From a virus, in the IMG/VR virus record IMGVR_UViG_3300034061_002899: 64,000 nucleotides of DNA, one strand, 5' to 3'. Numbering within the stretch: the first letter of the stretch is position 1; each line of letters opens with the position of its first letter. Positions 44,118-54,295 of the stretch are shown in pieces. Both the position numbers and the translations under genes were made by a program. Under the pieces are notes generated by a model. The model searched no databases, was not told the DNA's origin, and saw only the letters and a list, made by a program, of their open reading frames with translations.

Positions 44118-44395
44118 ACGAAGATACTAGAGAAATATTATTGATTTTGCAAGAGGAATGTGCAGAAGTAACACAAGCTGTTAGCAAGTGTTTTAGATTT
44201 GGTCCAGATCAAATGAAACCCAATAAACCAATGACAAACATTCAAATGCTTGAAGAAGAATTGGGTGACCTGTTAGCAATGATAGAGTTATTAACTGATA
44301 ACAATGTAGGTGTTACTACTGAGGGTTTAACTAAAGCAAAGAAAAAGAAATTTGAAAAACTTAAACAATGGTCTAATTTAAAAATTAATAAATAA
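44114..44395 (+). CDS. MazG-like nucleotide pyrophosphohydrolase
   Basis: LQEECAEV..LEEELGDL. Confidence 0.75.
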   Translation: MNEDTREILLILQEECAEVTQAVSKCFRFGPDQMKPNKPMTNIQMLEEELGDLLAMIELLTDNNVGVTTEGLTKAKKKKFEKLKQWSNLKINK

Positions 44396-44401
44396 ACTAC
44401 T

Positions 44402-44770
44402 ATGCTAGAAATTATCGTTATTGGTCTTATATTTTGGATAGGTTATGAAATTGGTGTAGGTGTTACAGCCTATAGGTTGCGACACTTAGTTTATAGAGAA
44501 GCAAAGAGAATTGGGTTGCTTAAAGAAATCGATACTGAATTAGAAGAAAATCCTATCGTTGAACAACTATATGTAGAAAAAACAAACGACATTTTGTATT
44601 TGTATAATAAGGAAGACAAAACATTTTTATGCCAAGCCAAATCATTAGATGAGCTTGCTACACTTTCAATGAAGTATAATAATGTTAAGTATGCCGCTGT
44701 AATGATCGGTGAAGAAATTTATGCGTTTGTTGATGGTAAAGTTAAATCAGAAAAAGAAGTTATTAAATGA
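44402..44770 (+). CDS. membrane-anchored hypothetical protein
   Basis: N-terminal TM. Confidence 0.7.
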   Translation: MLEIIVIGLIFWIGYEIGVGVTAYRLRHLVYREAKRIGLLKEIDTELEENPIVEQLYVEKTNDILYLYNKEDKTFLCQAKSLDELATLSMKYNNVKYAAVMIGEEIYAFVDGKVKSEKEVIK

Positions 44771-45306
44771 AAATTAATATTGGCAAATTCAAAAAGACTA
44801 ATGATCGTAGAAAAAGTAATATACAGATTGATAGATACGACACTTGGAGCTTAGATCACACCCTAGCATTAATTATCTATCCTGCATTGATACAACTTAA
44901 AGCAACAAAGCAAGGCATTCCTGGTGAGTTTGTGGAAGGTGTCGGTGGTGAGGATTATATTGACCAAGATAGTTTTGACTTTTATAAAGAGACTCACCAA
45001 GAATCTTGGAACACTGCCGCAGAACGATGGGATGCAGTGCTTGATAAAATGATTTGGTCATTTGAACAATTACTTAAAGGTGACTATGATGAAAAATATC
45101 ATCACGGTAAAAGTGATTATGATTGGGTTAAAAGTAATAAACAATATCACAATCCATTAACTGGTAAAATGGAAGATACATTTCAAATGGTCGACAAAGA
45201 TCCCGATAGTCATTGGTATGATAGTGAAGGGCACAAACTACACGATGAACGAATACAAGAAGGACTTGAACTTTTTGGTAAATATTATCGTAGTCTCTGG
45301 GATTAA
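44767..45306 (+). CDS. hypothetical phage protein
   Basis: DTWSLDHTLA..WDAVLDKMIWSF..GLELFGKYYRSLWD. Confidence 0.75.
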   Translation: MKINIGKFKKTNDRRKSNIQIDRYDTWSLDHTLALIIYPALIQLKATKQGIPGEFVEGVGGEDYIDQDSFDFYKETHQESWNTAAERWDAVLDKMIWSFEQLLKGDYDEKYHHGKSDYDWVKSNKQYHNPLTGKMEDTFQMVDKDPDSHWYDSEGHKLHDERIQEGLELFGKYYRSLWD

Positions 45307-45307
45307 T

Positions 45308-45547
45308 ATGTTTGACAAACTAGCAAAGCAACTAGACTTACAAACTCTAGGTAAGGGACAACAAGATTTTAAAATTAGTAAACAAGAATTTGAAGATTTT
45401 TGCAAAGGGTTTCTTTTTGAACAGATTAAAGGTGATCTTAAATTAGGTGATGCCTTTTGCAAAAAGTATAACGAATCAAATTATGTGCTAAGTATATTAC
45501 CCGACGATAGCGCAAGAGAACACATTAGGAAATTTTACGTAAAATGA
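45308..45547 (+). CDS. hypothetical protein
   Basis: ATG 45308 preferred. Confidence 0.65.
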   Translation: MFDKLAKQLDLQTLGKGQQDFKISKQEFEDFCKGFLFEQIKGDLKLGDAFCKKYNESNYVLSILPDDSAREHIRKFYVK

Positions 45548-45876
45548 CACACTTAGTAACAGAAGCCTGCATTAATTGCAAATACACAGATTGTGTAGTA
45601 GTATGCCCCGTAGATTGTTTTTATGAAGGACCAAACTTCTTAGTTATTAATCCAGACGAATGCATTGATTGTGGTGTGTGTATTCCTGAATGCCCAGCCA
45701 AAGCAATTGTAACAGATGATGAAATTAAAGATCCTGCCGAACTTAAAAAATGGTATGATATTAATGAAGAACTTTCGGCGAAATGGCCTAATATTACAAA
45801 ACGTAAAGAACCACTACCAAGTGCAGATGAGTGGCAGAATAACAAAAACAAATTGATTTACCTTCAAAAAGAATGA
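45544..45876 (+). CDS. fdxA: 7Fe ferredoxin
   Basis: [31 protein letters not shown]; WPNIT tail. Confidence 0.92.
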   Translation: MTHLVTEACINCKYTDCVVVCPVDCFYEGPNFLVINPDECIDCGVCIPECPAKAIVTDDEIKDPAELKKWYDINEELSAKWPNITKRKEPLPSADEWQNNKNKLIYLQKE

Positions 45877-46373
45877 AACATAAATTTATAGACTATTACA
45901 TGGATATCGCTGATCTAACTAGTAAACTAAGTTCAGCAATTAGATTAAACGTCGGTGCAGTTATCGTTAAAGGTAACAAAATTCTAGGTACAGGATACAA
46001 TGGTATGCCAACTGGATGGACTAACGAGTGTGAATATAAAGAATATATGCCCGGTGATAATTTAGATGGGCAACTATATCCATTAGAAGAATACGATCCT
46101 ACAGTTGAAAGTAATCGTAGATATAGATTAGTTACTAAGGATGAGGTATTACATGCGGAAATGAACGCAATTGCTAAAGTGTCCGCAAGTACAGAATCTA
46201 GTGAAGGTTCTACACTATTCATTACACATGCACCATGTATCCATTGCGCTAAAGCAATCTATCAATCTGGTATCAAAAATGTATTCTATAGAGAAGCATA
46301 CAGAGATACTAAAGGATTAGAGTTCCTTGAACAGGGCGGAGTCAATGTCACCAAATACCCAATTCAAGACTGA
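45873..46373 (+). CDS. dCMP deaminase
   Basis: VGAVIV, GYNG, HAEMNA, PCIHC. Confidence 0.9.
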   Translation: MKHKFIDYYMDIADLTSKLSSAIRLNVGAVIVKGNKILGTGYNGMPTGWTNECEYKEYMPGDNLDGQLYPLEEYDPTVESNRRYRLVTKDEVLHAEMNAIAKVSASTESSEGSTLFITHAPCIHCAKAIYQSGIKNVFYREAYRDTKGLEFLEQGGVNVTKYPIQD

Positions 46374-46545
46374 AATTTCAATTGGATATGGGGAATTGAA
46401 ACCCGTCATTGATTGGTGTCAGAGAAACTGTGCTAATGATTGGGGATATGATTGCAAGTTCCCGGCTGGTCGTGATGCTGGATATTATGATTTTTATTTT
46501 GAAACTGAATCTGACTATATTAACTTTATACTTTGGAAGAAATGA
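46345..46545 (+). CDS. hypothetical protein
   Basis: GGAG SD, ATG 46345. Confidence 0.65.
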   Translation: MSPNTQFKTEISIGYGELKPVIDWCQRNCANDWGYDCKFPAGRDAGYYDFYFETESDYINFILWKK

Positions 46546-46820
46546 AATACTATACTTTTTACCGTGAAAATAATATCTTTACTGATATTGAAACAGATCC
46601 TATTGTAAAGAGATTTGCAGATACAAAAATTAGATGGTATCAACATTATATGATTGGTATTAGTACCTATGTCAAAGATAGCGACCAATATTTTAGTCTG
46701 CTTACACTAAAATACGGTGACGATATGATTCAATCAGTATGCAAAGATTATTCTCCTGTACCCGGAGTAGACTATATGCCTAAGCGTGATGCTAACAAAT
46801 ATAAACGCTTATTACCATGA
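46542..46820 (+). CDS. hypothetical protein
   Basis: ATGA coupling. Confidence 0.65.
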   Translation: MKYYTFYRENNIFTDIETDPIVKRFADTKIRWYQHYMIGISTYVKDSDQYFSLLTLKYGDDMIQSVCKDYSPVPGVDYMPKRDANKYKRLLP

Positions 46821-47182
46821 TTACTTCAATTTTACTCTTACTACTATTATTGCAATTAAAACATTGGTATATTGATTTTGTTAATCAATCAAACATTGAA
46901 ATTGCTAGTAAAGGTATTTATGGTGATAGTGTCGGCCTTAACCACAGTATTAAGCATGGTATAGGAACGTTGTTATGTATTACTATTGTTACCGGTACAA
47001 ACTACATTGCATTTGCTAGTATTCTAGCATTGTTAGATTGTATGATTCACTATCACATTGATTGGATTAAATCTAATTATGGTTGCAAAGATACAAATCA
47101 AAAGTCATTTTGGGTTGATCTTGGGTTAGATCAGATGATGCACCAACTAACTTATATATTAATTGCTTATCTTGTTATTTGA
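46817..47182 (+). CDS. DUF3307-like membrane protein
   Basis: KHWYIDF..Q..H..H..HYHID..GLDQMMH. Confidence 0.7.
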   Translation: MITSILLLLLLLQLKHWYIDFVNQSNIEIASKGIYGDSVGLNHSIKHGIGTLLCITIVTGTNYIAFASILALLDCMIHYHIDWIKSNYGCKDTNQKSFWVDLGLDQMMHQLTYILIAYLVI

Positions 47183-47904
47183 GATAACATTCGTGCTTCA
47201 GGAATACGTGTCTTTGTATTCTTACTTCCCAATAATACAACTGTTCTAATACCCTGCGCTGTATCTAACATCATAACAATACAGCCTCCTGCTTTACTAA
47301 TAAATCCTGTCTTACTAACTAAAAAGTTATAACCATTACCAACTAAACTGTTTGTGTTTCTAAACTCAACAGATTTCTTTTTGTTTAATGACCAACGAAC
47401 AGCATCCATATTACTTGCCGCAACAATCAATGGGTAACCACTTGCGGCAAATACTAACTTAATTAAATCTTCGGCTGTGCTTACGTTAGTATGATATCTA
47501 CCAGTTGGATCAGTAAAAACACTATTGTTCATTTGTAGTAATATTGCTTTGGTATTCATTGCTTCTACACAACTTTTATATCCACCGGGATAATAGTCAC
47601 ATAACATTTTTGCGGCATTGTTATCACTCTTTACAATTGCTAAGTCAATTAATGTTTCTCTTGTTAATTGTTTATTGTATAACTTCTTTGGGATAATTTC
47701 TGTTAGTGATTGACCACTATCTAATACAACCATTGCTGTCATTAGTTTAGTAATACTGGCTATGCTACGAACTTCAGTAGTGTTTGATCCTTCAAGTATC
47801 TTTCCATTGCTATCAGCTACTAACCATGCTTGTGCTGTTAATGATTGATTAGCATATGCTGAACTGGTTACCAATACTAAGATTGCTATCAGTTTTTTAA
47901 TCAT
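47167..47904 (-). CDS. S11 serine peptidase (PBP7-like D-alanyl-D-alanine endo/carboxypeptidase)
   Basis: Signal peptide; SITK, SDN and KTG motifs. Confidence 0.9.
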   Translation of the reverse strand: MIKKLIAILVLVTSSAYANQSLTAQAWLVADSNGKILEGSNTTEVRSIASITKLMTAMVVLDSGQSLTEIIPKKLYNKQLTRETLIDLAIVKSDNNAAKMLCDYYPGGYKSCVEAMNTKAILLQMNNSVFTDPTGRYHTNVSTAEDLIKLVFAASGYPLIVAASNMDAVRWSLNKKKSVEFRNTNSLVGNGYNFLVSKTGFISKAGGCIVMMLDTAQGIRTVVLLGSKNTKTRIPEARMLSQITR

Positions 47905-48227
47905 ATGTTTGGTCCTTTCTTATAAGGCACGAGCTTCATGTCGTCCCCTAATCCTACAATGCATGATAGATTATTTTTAGTTGCTACTATAGTCCAATTA
48001 TTGTCAACTGGATTTATCCAAACACTGACTATGGATTTGACGGCATCACCTGCTTTACCCGTCATGACGGGCATCTCTTTGTACTTTTCTCTTAAGGATT
48101 TGAATAACTCAGATGAATCATAGCAAGGTAAATCTATTTCAACCTTGTCCTTAATTTCTTGCGAGTAGGAATTACTTGCTAGTAGCCCTGTACACACCAT
48201 CCCAATCAGTAGGCAAATTGTTTTCAC
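47901..48227 (-). CDS. secreted hypothetical protein
   Basis: Signal peptide; two Cys in mature part. Confidence 0.6.
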   Translation of the reverse strand: MKTICLLIGMVCTGLLASNSYSQEIKDKVEIDLPCYDSSELFKSLREKYKEMPVMTGKAGDAVKSIVSVWINPVDNNWTIVATKNNLSCIVGLGDDMKLVPYKKGPNI

Positions 48228-50223
48228 GTAGTTCTCCTATTCGTGCTATCATTATATCATAATAGTGGTCCATGTGCGAATCAAATTCACCCTTTAATTG
48301 ATCTATCATGTGTAATGCTTGATCCCATTTCTGTTCCCTATAGTAATCTATCATCAAGTCATGTAATTCACGTGCTGATAGATATTCTGCCATGCTGTTT
48401 GGATCAGTCTTTAATGGCGTGTAGATATTTAATCCGATTGTTTTACCCTTCACAGCAATACAATCTAGTTCTAAGGTAAAGATTTCATCCTTAACTTGTT
48501 CATTGGTATTAGGACCAATGATACATAACACACCATAACCCTTAGTCTGTCCTTCTAATCTAGCCGCAGTAGAAACGCTGTCGCCTAACACATCATAGCC
48601 AAACTTAGTCTTAGCACCTATATTGCCAATCAATGTTTCACCTGTGTTAACACCTGCACCCATGCCAACTGGTGGACGGCCATTGGAGGTCAACTCTTTA
48701 TTGAATTCTTCAATAGCATCAATCATTTGCATGGCAGTATTAACAGCAGTTACCGCATGTTTACTATCATCTAATGGAGCACCATGCACATGCAAACTTG
48801 CGTCACCAATAAACTTAATTAATGTACCATCATTCTTTAATACCGGTACACTTAATGCGGTCATGTAGTCATTCATAATCTGTGTCAAGCCTTCAACATC
48901 ATCACCAAAACTTTCACCTAAACTAGTGAAGCCACGCAAGTCAGTCATAACAATAGATAGTTCACGCTTCTCACCGCCTAATTTAATTAAGCTAGGATCT
49001 TTTTGTAATCGTTCAACGATTGTTGGATTAACATAACTACCAAATTGTTTCTTAATCTGTTGCTTCTGTAAGAATTCACTTACAAACTTAACAGTATAAG
49101 CATGAAGATAAACCAAACCAATGCCACCAACAGGGGCGGTAATATCATAGAGCCATAGATTGGATGTGAATAGATATGACGCAACATAATGACTAGAAGC
49201 AAGAACAATAATAACTGGGATAAAAGCATATGTCCACCTTGATAAAAATATAACTAATAAACCTAACGCTAGTATAGCGATAAGTTCTACACCGTCTGCA
49301 TAATCAGGTCTTTCAATAACAACTTTGTTAAACATTGTACCTATTACACTTGCTTGAACATCATGTGGCCATACACTACCTTTACTTGTTGGTACGGGGT
49401 TGTTTAGTCCACTTGCTGTCAATCCTACAATAACAATAGCACCATCAAAGTCTTTTGGTAGTTCCATTAATGAAACTGATTTACTTTGTTGACTGTAATC
49501 AATCCAAATGCGACCCAAGTTATCTGTAGTGATAGGGCCGAACTTAGGTATACGCATTTTCTCTACACCGTTCTCATTTAGTTTAACTTGAAATGTTGTA
49601 TCGCCGGCTGCCGCTCTTAATACTTCCATACTTAAACTTGGATAGAGTTTACCATCTACACTAGCAATCAATGGAATACGTCTATTGACACCATCAATCT
49701 CCGGTAATGTATTAACTGTACCAACACCATAAGCACTGTTTTCTAATACAGGCACGTTAGCAATGATGCCAGGATATTGAACGATTTGATCTAACCATTC
49801 AGGGGCTAATACTGCCGCACCTGGATTACGGGGTATGTTTTTTGTTTTGTCGCTTGGTACATTGGGAAGTATAACAGGATACTGTTTCATTGTACTTGCC
49901 AATTTAGTGTCTTGACCACTTCTATCAGTATCGGGCATTAATACATTAAAGACAACAAGTCCGGCGTTACGACTATATAGGTCTTCTATTATCTTTGCGT
50001 ATTCACCTCTAGGTAATGGCCATTGACCATACTTAGTAAGTGTTGCTTCATCTATATTGACTGTATAGATATTATTTTCTGTTGGGGCTTTGTTAGTGAT
50101 AAGAGTATCAAAATAGCGTAAGCGTACAGATTCTACGAAAGAAGGATCAGCAATTCTAATAGATAGCACAAATGCTAAGGTAAGAATAGCGGTCCAGGGA
50201 CTAAGTATAATTTTCTTAAACAT
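48172..50223 (-). CDS. CHASE2-domain class III adenylate cyclase
   Basis: TM-CHASE2-3TM; TDLRGFT, KFIGDA, YDVLGD..AARLE (Lys/Asp ATP-specifying residues). Confidence 0.92.
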   Translation of the reverse strand: MFKKIILSPWTAILTLAFVLSIRIADPSFVESVRLRYFDTLITNKAPTENNIYTVNIDEATLTKYGQWPLPRGEYAKIIEDLYSRNAGLVVFNVLMPDTDRSGQDTKLASTMKQYPVILPNVPSDKTKNIPRNPGAAVLAPEWLDQIVQYPGIIANVPVLENSAYGVGTVNTLPEIDGVNRRIPLIASVDGKLYPSLSMEVLRAAAGDTTFQVKLNENGVEKMRIPKFGPITTDNLGRIWIDYSQQSKSVSLMELPKDFDGAIVIVGLTASGLNNPVPTSKGSVWPHDVQASVIGTMFNKVVIERPDYADGVELIAILALGLLVIFLSRWTYAFIPVIIVLASSHYVASYLFTSNLWLYDITAPVGGIGLVYLHAYTVKFVSEFLQKQQIKKQFGSYVNPTIVERLQKDPSLIKLGGEKRELSIVMTDLRGFTSLGESFGDDVEGLTQIMNDYMTALSVPVLKNDGTLIKFIGDASLHVHGAPLDDSKHAVTAVNTAMQMIDAIEEFNKELTSNGRPPVGMGAGVNTGETLIGNIGAKTKFGYDVLGDSVSTAARLEGQTKGYGVLCIIGPNTNEQVKDEIFTLELDCIAVKGKTIGLNIYTPLKTDPNSMAEYLSARELHDLMIDYYREQKWDQALHMIDQLKGEFDSHMDHYYDIMIARIGELRENNLPTDWDGVYRATSK

Positions 50224-50232
50224 TATTTAACC

Positions 50233-51654
50233 TTAAGGAATTGGTGTTATTGTATCAACGAAGGTACTATTTGCATCTACTAGTGATGAGCTGCCAGCGT
50301 TTATGTAAGTTACATTGGCACTATTCATAGTTGTTGTAATAGGTGTAAGATTAAGTACTGCATCAGTGTAGTTGATTGTATTATAATTAATAGTAATTCC
50401 ATTAACCACATATGTGCCGGTTAATGTGCCATCAGATGGCATCTTAAAAATAAACATATTATAATTATTTCCAGTTTGTTGATTTGCTTGCCCACCTATA
50501 GTCATAATACCTGAACTATCTAATACTATTGATAGTCCGTAAAGACCTACTATGCCTGCGGTAGAACTTCCTGAAAATACTCGTTGCCATTGCAATACAC
50601 CATTAGTATCATATTTTGCAATTAATCCGTTGTATATGTTTAATAGGCCAGTCACATACACATTTCCTGAACTATCTGTTGTAATACTTTGGTAAAAAAC
50701 AGAGCCGGTTGCATCATATAATTGTTTTTGCCATAATAGAGTGCCGGAAGTGTTATATTTTGCTATCATACCCACATTCAATGATGAGAATACATACGTA
50801 TTGCCACACACAAATATATTATTTGAACTATCAATTGCTATATCGTTAAATTGATTGCTGTTGGTACCTACATTATTAGCTAAACCTTTTTGCCATTGCA
50901 ATACCCCGGCACTATTATGTTTAACCAATACGGCTGTGTTATTACCACCAGTAACAGTACTACCTGCAATATATACACTACCGGTTGAATCAAGTGCCAC
51001 TGCATTAGAATTGTCGTTTGTGCCGATTGTTTCTATATCTCTTGCCCATATAATTGAACCAGATGTGTTATATTTTACTAATGTCATGCTAGTTGGTTGC
51101 GATCCAGTAGTAGGTCCTATAACTACATCTCCGGTAACATAAAAATTACTGGTACTTTTTTCTACAACTAAGCCGGTGCCAAATCGGGGCACAAATTTTG
51201 TAAACCCATATCCCAAGTCCTTCTGCCACTGTAATGAACCACTAGAATTATATTTTGCTATTTGAAAGGTACAATACTTAGTAGACGACAACCAATTTTT
51301 TGCAATAACTCCAGAAATATATACATTATTTGAACTGTCTGTGTCTATGGAATAGAATATATTATAATCACTACCGCTACTAGTAGACAAACTTTTTTGC
51401 CATGCAACCGTTTTATCTGAATTAAACTTTACAGTAACTCCTTGCGACCCTGTAGTATTATTAGTGCCGCCGCCGGTTACATATAAGTTATCAGAACTAT
51501 CATATGCTAATGCACTTGTCCCGTAAATACTAGAATCCATATTGTTAGGAGCACTTAAATTACTACCAAAAGTACGAGCATAATAGGGTGTGGGAGGCGG
51601 TGGCGGCGCCTCTATTTTTATTCCGGGTTCTAGTTTTAATCCTTCTAGTTGCAT
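50233..51654 (-). CDS. beta-propeller repeat protein, probably virion-associated
   Basis: Repeated DSSxNVYxxG...AKYNxSGxLQWQK blades; own TAAATA (51676-81) and SD. Confidence 0.75.
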   Translation of the reverse strand: MQLEGLKLEPGIKIEAPPPPPTPYYARTFGSNLSAPNNMDSSIYGTSALAYDSSDNLYVTGGGTNNTTGSQGVTVKFNSDKTVAWQKSLSTSSGSDYNIFYSIDTDSSNNVYISGVIAKNWLSSTKYCTFQIAKYNSSGSLQWQKDLGYGFTKFVPRFGTGLVVEKSTSNFYVTGDVVIGPTTGSQPTSMTLVKYNTSGSIIWARDIETIGTNDNSNAVALDSTGSVYIAGSTVTGGNNTAVLVKHNSAGVLQWQKGLANNVGTNSNQFNDIAIDSSNNIFVCGNTYVFSSLNVGMIAKYNTSGTLLWQKQLYDATGSVFYQSITTDSSGNVYVTGLLNIYNGLIAKYDTNGVLQWQRVFSGSSTAGIVGLYGLSIVLDSSGIMTIGGQANQQTGNNYNMFIFKMPSDGTLTGTYVVNGITINYNTINYTDAVLNLTPITTTMNSANVTYINAGSSSLVDANSTFVDTITPIP

Positions 51655-51683
51655 AATAATCCTAATATAGTATAGTATTTATC

Positions 51684-52151
51684 TTATTGGCCCTGTTGAA
51701 CTGACAATTTGGCGCACCCACCGACTATTGCACAGTTGAAGTTTAATGTATATGATTGTTGAGTAGATCCACTTTGACTCAAACTTAACCCGGTTGGTAA
51801 TCCAGTTAATGTTACATTTGCTTGATGACCAGCACTTCCCTGCTGTAATATATCTACATCTTTATATCCACCAATTAAGTTTAATATGATAGAATGATTC
51901 CCGTTGTCTTTTTGTTGTAACAGAACTGTGTTATTACTATTGTTTACATTGGCTTGTATTGACTTATTGCCGCCGGTACTACGCTGTTCAATGTTAACAG
52001 TATTGAAAGAACCAGCACTATAATAGTTTATATAGTTTGTGCCGTTTCCTATTTGTTCTACCGTTAATGTATTGAAATTTCCCACTTGCTCAATATAAAC
52101 TTGAGCAAATGCTGAACTTGAGGATAGTAGTAATATTAATATTTGTTTCAT
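51684..52151 (-). CDS. curlin-repeat protein (CsgA/B-like)
   Basis: Signal peptide; IEQVGNFN, EQIGNG, QQGS repeats. Confidence 0.65.
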   Translation of the reverse strand: MKQILILLLSSSSAFAQVYIEQVGNFNTLTVEQIGNGTNYINYYSAGSFNTVNIEQRSTGGNKSIQANVNNSNNTVLLQQKDNGNHSIILNLIGGYKDVDILQQGSAGHQANVTLTGLPTGLSLSQSGSTQQSYTLNFNCAIVGGCAKLSVQQGQ

Positions 52152-52321
52152 TTGTTGTTTTTAACAAACCAGTAATGTTTTTGTAATTCTCTGAGTACTT
52201 CACTTTCTGGTTGTTTGAATTGTCTTGCTGCCATTTCAACAAAGTCTAGCCAACGAAAAGCAGATTGGTCATTCCCTTGACACCATTGCTGATACATTAT
52301 TTGTAATTCTCTAGCCGTCAT
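52148..52321 (-). CDS. 57-aa hypothetical protein (not in ORF track)
   Basis: MTARELQIMYQQWCQG...HYWFVKNNK; ATGA overlaps at both ends. Confidence 0.65.
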   Translation of the reverse strand: MTARELQIMYQQWCQGNDQSAFRWLDFVEMAARQFKQPESEVLRELQKHYWFVKNNK

Positions 52322-53406
52322 TTTTTTCTTAATCCTGTGTTTTGTTTTATGAAAACTATGTTGCCACCGGGCTGACCATCACCTAGTAGTTCACTAGCAA
52401 TAGTATCATTGTGTACAATGGTAACTAATGTATTTGACATGAAGCCTTGTGTTTTTACTTCAGCATAATGTTCGTTTTCACTATTACGATATGCTATACC
52501 TCTACCTCTTGCAGGTAATTCACCTTCACTCTTTTCCCATAAGATACAAACAGTAGTTGTAGCATTGCAGTTTGGATCTGGTTTATAACTATTAGCCGCT
52601 ATAATCTTTGCTTGTTCTTCAGCACTTTGTTTTTTAACTACATTGGTTAATCTATTATTTTGTTCTTCTTCTAGTTCCTGTTGTTCTTTTTTACTTTTAC
52701 CATTTTGATTATTAACTGCTTTAACAATTTCCATTGGCTTTACAATAATCAAATTGTTTGTTAGTTTTGCCTCGACTGTATTCATAACTGCAGGCACTGT
52801 TGGTGATAGACTAGCACTAGCAACATATGTACCATGAAAGGCTTGATCCAATATAACTTTACCTGCTAATGTTTCTACTTCAATACTTCCAACTTTACAT
52901 TTATTTTCTTCTAATTCGTAATCTTTTACTTTTTCATTTTCTTTACAACTTGGAACTAGAACTATCAACGACTGTCCTGCTTCATCAACAGTCATTGTAA
53001 AATCTGTACCACGAACGGCGATACTTGCTGTAGGTGTTTTGATTGCTACCTGCTGTGCATTTGTTTTTGATATTTGTCCACTAGCATAACGAACTGTACC
53101 CATACCAACTTTAAGTGCTAATTTACCGGCATCACTTTTATTAGGATCAAAAACAAAATCGTCTATTAGTAGACGACTGTTTTCTGTTATTTTTACTTTA
53201 GTATCATCCTTGAAGGATAGTTGTACATTTCCGTTCCTAGTAGTGTATATGTCGTTACTTTCAATACCAGCACCTTTATTTCCTACTACTTTATTTTTAC
53301 CGCGAGTTATTTCACCGGGGACACCGGTTGATTCTGATACATTTCCTATGCTTGCCCAAGTACTAATACTTGTAAGCAAGAATAAGAATAATACGAACTT
53401 ACGCAT
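52318..53406 (-). CDS. FecR-domain secreted protein
   Basis: Signal peptide; LSFKDDTKVKITENSRL, IKTPTASIAVRGTDF. Confidence 0.8.
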   Translation of the reverse strand: MRKFVLFLFLLTSISTWASIGNVSESTGVPGEITRGKNKVVGNKGAGIESNDIYTTRNGNVQLSFKDDTKVKITENSRLLIDDFVFDPNKSDAGKLALKVGMGTVRYASGQISKTNAQQVAIKTPTASIAVRGTDFTMTVDEAGQSLIVLVPSCKENEKVKDYELEENKCKVGSIEVETLAGKVILDQAFHGTYVASASLSPTVPAVMNTVEAKLTNNLIIVKPMEIVKAVNNQNGKSKKEQQELEEEQNNRLTNVVKKQSAEEQAKIIAANSYKPDPNCNATTTVCILWEKSEGELPARGRGIAYRNSENEHYAEVKTQGFMSNTLVTIVHNDTIASELLGDGQPGGNIVFIKQNTGLRKK

Positions 53407-53407
53407 T

Positions 53408-54175
53408 TTATCTTGCTACTGCTGTTTTTGGATTTGTAATTGTGCCAGCACTAGTTGTGCGTACAGTAATAGTATTATTGTTACCATTGGCTTTGATATC
53501 AACCGTGGTGTCATTAGTACCTTGCTGTTGAGTTACAACACTATTAGTGTTACCTTGAATAACTTTTTTCAAATTATGACCGTTCGCACCGCTAGCATCA
53601 TTTTGTTCAACATCAAGTTTGTTACTATCACCTGTTAATGTGATATCACTTATACCGTTAGTACTTTTTAGATCCTTAGTAACTTCATTGATATCACCTG
53701 TAATAGTTAATGTACTTAATATATCGTTACCAATAATATTTTGAATAACAGTATTGTCATTACCAGTAATGGTTTCAGTAATAATGTTACGTAGATTACT
53801 TGTATTAGTTATATCACCAATAGTTAACTTAGTCTTGTTATTATTTCCAGTAACTGTACTTGTGTATTCATTGTTGTTACCTCTAATATTATATTGACCT
53901 AAGTTGTTATCACCTTTTTGAATTATAGCAACAATGTTACTATTACCGTTAACTGTAGCATAGTTAGTGTTGCTCGGTGTTGCGTTGGTAACACCACCGA
54001 CACTGTTAGTGCCGCCAGTTTGTTCTATTGTAACAGTATTGGTATTACCAATCTGTTCAATATAAACTTTATTTGGACCGGTAGCGGCATTTAATCCTTG
54101 TGCCATACTAGTTCCACTTAGCAATGATAATGCTAATATTGAAAGCACCTTCTTATAATTTTTATAATGCTTCAT
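53408..54175 (-). CDS. curlin-repeat protein (CsgA/B-like)
   Basis: Signal peptide; many (Q/I)xGxxN repeats, Asn/Thr/Gly-rich. Confidence 0.75.
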   Translation of the reverse strand: MKHYKNYKKVLSILALSLLSGTSMAQGLNAATGPNKVYIEQIGNTNTVTIEQTGGTNSVGGVTNATPSNTNYATVNGNSNIVAIIQKGDNNLGQYNIRGNNNEYTSTVTGNNNKTKLTIGDITNTSNLRNIITETITGNDNTVIQNIIGNDILSTLTITGDINEVTKDLKSTNGISDITLTGDSNKLDVEQNDASGANGHNLKKVIQGNTNSVVTQQQGTNDTTVDIKANGNNNTITVRTTSAGTITNPKTAVAR

Positions 54176-54257
54176 TAAAATACAGTAATCAGTTATTATT
54201 CCTGGTTACGCTCCTTGGGTTATAACCCTAAAATGTTTACCTACTATCTCATTATGG

Positions 54258-54292
54258 ATATCTGTTAGACTGTAGGGTCATCTAACAGATAT
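54258..54292. other. perfect 12-bp intergenic hairpin between csgG and curlin
   Basis: ATATCTGTTAGA-11nt-TCTAACAGATAT. Confidence 0.7.
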
Positions 54293-54295
54293 ATT

